From Rhynchopus sp. YZ270_cl-10 (Eukaryota), in the NCBI GenBank assembly GCA_964035575.1, contig OZ037840.1:1302001-1366000 (forward strand): a stretch of 64,000 nucleotides of DNA. The letters are read 5' to 3'. Below, in pieces: positions 60,287-64,000 of the stretch; the stretch's first letter is position 1, and each line of letters opens with the position of its first letter. The notes under the pieces were generated by a model. The model made no database searches, had not been told where the DNA came from, and was given only the letters and a program-made list of their open reading frames with translations. The translations under genes and the position numbers were made by a program.

Positions 60287-61861
60287 ATGTATTCAGTTCT
60301 TGTGGCAGCCATGGCGCTGCACGCTGGTGTGCACAACCTCGACAATAGCAGTGGCATCGTGGACTGGCTTCTTCCCGGGCAAATTGCCGACACGGTCTGG
60401 ACTGTTTCCTGTGACGGCACGTTTGTGGTGCAGTACTTGAACGACTTTGGTGGCGAGTTCATCATCAGCATCGACGGGAAAGAGGAGTCACGTGTCAGTG
60501 GTGAGCACACGACACTGACGAAAACAAGCTTTTCAGCAAACACAACTGTGTCGATGACTGCGAGTGTGAAGTCGCATGGGAACAAGAAGGTTCTGTTCTC
60601 GTGGGCCTGTGACGCTATGCCTGCTGCTCTTCCATCAACACTGAACACTGCTGGGGATGTGAGCCACATGAAGTACGGGCCAAGTGAGTTGGTGTACTGG
60701 ACCCTGCAGTGCAAGGAACACGAAGACGTGCGCATCACCTGGACGTCTTTCAACATTGGCAACGACTCTCTGTGGATGAGGGCCCGGCCCACCTTCTTCA
60801 ACGCGACAGGTTTGGACACTGTTGAGGACTTCACCTTCACTTCGACAGGATCCACCTACGTGTTCTTCAAAAGTGAGGCTGGCAGTGATGGTGGTGACTT
60901 TGCCTTCCGTTACGAGTGTCTGTCGAACGACATTGTACTGCCGAGCAGTGGCATCGTGGACAGGTTGCTTCCCGCAAAGATCGCTGACACCGTCTGGACT
61001 GTTTCTTGTCGCGGCATCTTTGTGGTGCAGTACTTGAACGACTTTGGTGGCGACTTCATCATCAGCATCGACGGGAATGAGAACTTACGTGTCAGTGGTG
61101 AGGACAGCAGAGTTACCAAACTGTACTTTCCAACACACGCAACTGCGTCGATGACTGCGAGTGTGAAGACTGGGAACAAGAAGGTGCTGTTCTCGTGGGC
61201 CTGTGACGCTATGCCTGCTGCTCTTCCATCAACACTGAACACTGCTGGGGATGTGAGCCACATGAAGTACGGGCCGAATGAGCTGGTGTACTGGGTTCTG
61301 CAGTGCAAGGAACACGAAGAAGTGAACATCACCTGGACGTCTTTCGACATTGGCAACGACTCTCTGTGGATGGTGCAGAGAGAGAGCGGAGTCTGGACCA
61401 CCTTCTTCAACGCGTCTGGTTTGGACACTGTTGAGGACTTCACCTTCACTTCGGCAGGATCCACCTTCGTGGTGTTCACCAGTGAGGCTGGCAGTGATGG
61501 TGGTGACTTTGCCTTCCGTTACGAGTGTCTGTCCACACCTGCGCCTCCCACAGCAGAACCGCCGGCTACACCGACAGGAGCACCAACAGCACTGCCGACA
61601 GCAGATCTTGACACAAAGGGAGCGTTTGCGTCTACTGATTCAGACGACGGAGGGCTCTCTGTGGGTGCCATTATCGGTATCAGTGTCGGTGTGGGTCTTG
61701 TTGCGATTGCGGCTGTGGTGCTCGTGGTGTGCTATGTGGCAAGGAAGCAAACGACCAGAGCACCTAAATCCCCTAATGCATTCAACGAGTACAGCAAGGC
61801 GTATCCCTGTGCTCAGGGCAAAGAGCTCCCGGGGAGTTATGGCGAACAAAGCGTTGTGTAG
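60287..61861 (+). CDS. Type I membrane protein with a duplicated CUB-like ectodomain, P/T stalk and TM (524 aa)
   Basis: ATG at 60287 (the track's 60266 start is TTG). Signal peptide; two ~200-aa repeats with YGP.ELVYW.LQC..V.ITWTSF..NDSL..DFAFRYEC; TPAPPTAEPP stalk; TM AIIGISVGVGLVAIAAVVLVVCYV. Confidence 0.8.
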   Translation: MYSVLVAAMALHAGVHNLDNSSGIVDWLLPGQIADTVWTVSCDGTFVVQYLNDFGGEFIISIDGKEESRVSGEHTTLTKTSFSANTTVSMTASVKSHGNKKVLFSWACDAMPAALPSTLNTAGDVSHMKYGPSELVYWTLQCKEHEDVRITWTSFNIGNDSLWMRARPTFFNATGLDTVEDFTFTSTGSTYVFFKSEAGSDGGDFAFRYECLSNDIVLPSSGIVDRLLPAKIADTVWTVSCRGIFVVQYLNDFGGDFIISIDGNENLRVSGEDSRVTKLYFPTHATASMTASVKTGNKKVLFSWACDAMPAALPSTLNTAGDVSHMKYGPNELVYWVLQCKEHEEVNITWTSFDIGNDSLWMVQRESGVWTTFFNASGLDTVEDFTFTSAGSTFVVFTSEAGSDGGDFAFRYECLSTPAPPTAEPPATPTGAPTALPTADLDTKGAFASTDSDDGGLSVGAIIGISVGVGLVAIAAVVLVVCYVARKQTTRAPKSPNAFNEYSKAYPCAQGKELPGSYGEQSVV

Positions 61862-61864
61862 AGG

Positions 61865-61903
61865 AAAGAACTTTGAAAAGAGAGTTAAAAGTCCCTGAAA
61901 CCG
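61865..61903 (+). other. Short LSU (28S) rRNA-like fragment, not a full rRNA gene
   Basis: AAAGAACTTTGAAAAGAGAGTTAAAAGTCCCTGAAACCG resembles the conserved eukaryotic LSU segment just upstream of D2 (recognised from memory). Confidence 0.65.
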
Positions 61904-62308
61904 ATGAGTGATAAGAGTTAGAGCCCCGTTCAAACCTGCTGCCAAACTTGGCCGTAGGACGTCAGGTCGTATTCGTGGCACCTACCTTGTCTTTGTATTG
62001 CTCCTACTAGACTTGCTGTAGTGTTTCTTGTTGTTCACCCTTCAGCTCTACAGCCCTTTTTTTTTTAATTTTGTACAGTATTCCTGACAGAGATGGAGAT
62101 AGATTTGGGGTTTTCAAAAAAGACCCGGTCTGAGCTTTTTAGGGTCAAAATTTTTTTTCCGACCGATTTTCTCCCAAATACCTTTTTTTTTTATTTTTTC
62201 CAGACCGGGTTTTTTGCCAAAATCCCATTTTTTTTTTTTTTTTACTGTTTGTGTTATAAATAGTAAGTATACACGGTGGCCCATTCCTACCCTTAGGGTA
62301 GGGTCCGC

Positions 62309-62661
62309 GGGGGGTACCCCATGGGGTACCCCCCAGACTACCCCATGGGGTACCCCCCAAATCTGAGGGGTACCCCATGGGGTACCCCCCAGACTACCCC
62401 CGGGGGTACCCCATGGGGTACCCCCGGTACAGGTACACAGGTACACAGGTACACAGGTACACAGGTACACAGGTACACAGGTACACAGGTACACAGGTAC
62501 ACAGGTACACAGGTACACAGGTACACAGGTACACAGGTACACAGGTACACAGGTACACAGGTACACAGGTACACAGGTACACAGGTACACAGGTACACAG
62601 GTACACAGGTACACAGGTACACAGGTACACAGGTACACAGGTACACAGGTACACAGGTACA
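62309..62661. repeat. GGGGTACCCCATGGGGTACCCC palindromes followed by (GGTACACA)n
   Basis: Four palindrome units, some partial, then a perfect 8-bp tandem repeat. Confidence 0.95.
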
Positions 62662-62709
62662 GCCAGAGTGCCAGAGTCAAGGGTCCGCGCGGGGTCCGCC
62701 CCCCAATGA

Positions 62710-63654
62710 CATAACGAAGTATCGCTTGAAAATACCGTTCAATATATGTTGCTTGGTGTGCATGAAGAAGGACACACAAGGTATATCAAACGATAAATCA
62801 ATCAGATAAACGTTACATCATCGGAAAATTGTTGGCACCGCCCCCCTGTCTTCGTATTTATTACGTCGACAGGCCAAACAGCGTTGGGCTCAGAAGAAGC
62901 AGTGCAAGACAGTCACTGGGGATCAACATGAGAACCAACTCCCAACAACACAGGCTACCGAAGTAGCAGGTGGGGTGTTGCGGGTGTTTGGGGTGAGAAA
63001 ATCGATTTTGGTAAGTTGCAGCAGAACATTCTTAAGTTCGCACTAGTCGAGAGAGGCTTACCCGCTGCAGTGAAGCAGTGCACCCATTTAAGGGTGGAGA
63101 AGCGTGACACGCACATACAAGTATGTACGTTACTTCAACAAAGGCTGAATTCTGGTAATTCTAAGGGATGTGAATTCAGCCACCACGCAGGTAGTGTTTT
63201 AAGGTTCCTCGCTTTGTGCTACACAGCGGACTCATGACACAAAGGAGTTGCCCCCGCTCTCTTTCGCGCAAACTTAAGAAAATTCTGGAGTCACTACAAC
63301 CTGGCGTGCGGGTACAGATGCATTGCTTTGTTCTTTCCTCAAAGTCATATCTGATCTCTCGGGTCTGTACTAAAGTCAGTGTTTAGATAAGCATCCACTT
63401 GACTCGTTCTAACAACCGTTGAAATCTAGAACAAAACAATACACTGCCCCTTCTCACACCAAGCCGCCATGCTTCAAGAGCATGCCCTGGGCAAAAATTA
63501 CTGTGACAAAAATTGGTTTTCTGGGGGAACGCGATATTTTCTTGTGCCTACTGTAGTCCTCCGCAAGAGCAGAGGACAGACTTTCCGGATCCCGAAGTCG
63601 AATTTTTTGCACTAGCTATGCTCCCTGGGTTAAATGGCTATAGCAGTGACTGAC
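62710..63654 (+). pseudogene. Third copy of the remnant
   Basis: Collinear with 23280-24198, with many small indels. Confidence 0.45.
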
Positions 63655-64000
63655 TAAGAGTTTCATAATAATTGGGGCGGTCTATGGGGTGGGTTAATGG
63701 AAAAATTGGTTTAAAAACCCAACTTTTGCGGTCCCCACCCGGTTTGCAATAATTGCACCAGCTCTTCCATCGGCACTGTTTCGCTGTCACGATGAAGGGT
63801 CGTCGGTTCGGGTACCTGTTGAGAGAAATTGAGTGCAAAAGTAGAGACTGCAACAAAAAAAATCAAACAAACAAACAAGAAGCCGCTCCGTACCTCTTCC
63901 ATGCAAAAAAGAAAGTAAAAGACTGCCCTTCCTCAGTCCGGAAGTAGCACCTCATCCGGTTCCCTGACGTAAAAGAGTTGTAGAGGTTACGAGATGCCAT

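Overview
Eukaryotic, repeat-rich window. The intronless GC3-rich CDSs, C/A-rich leaders ending in CAG and the ectodomain-TM-degenerate-cyclase protein type suggest a euglenozoan, probably a diplonemid; this is inference. About 60 kb is a tandem array built from a shared ~7.1-kb block C alternating with two different spacers, X and Y, in the order C-X-C-Y-C-X-C-X(partial). Block C carries a 980-aa receptor: signal peptide, 5'-nucleotidase-like ectodomain, TM and class III cyclase-like domain, with both enzyme domains looking catalytically degenerate. Spacer X holds MITEs, a Helitron-Rep remnant and a ~250-bp structured tandem array. In two X copies the array is joined in frame to an RT-less CRE/SLACS-type non-LTR ORF (CCHC + restriction-like endonuclease) with an unusual C-terminal OTU-like domain and Zn finger. 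Spacer Y holds nested DNA-transposon remnants and a diverged sister array whose hairpin has a different sequence but still pairs. The window ends with a CUB-like type I membrane protein gene followed directly by an LSU-rRNA-like fragment. All calls were made by eye; no searches were run.
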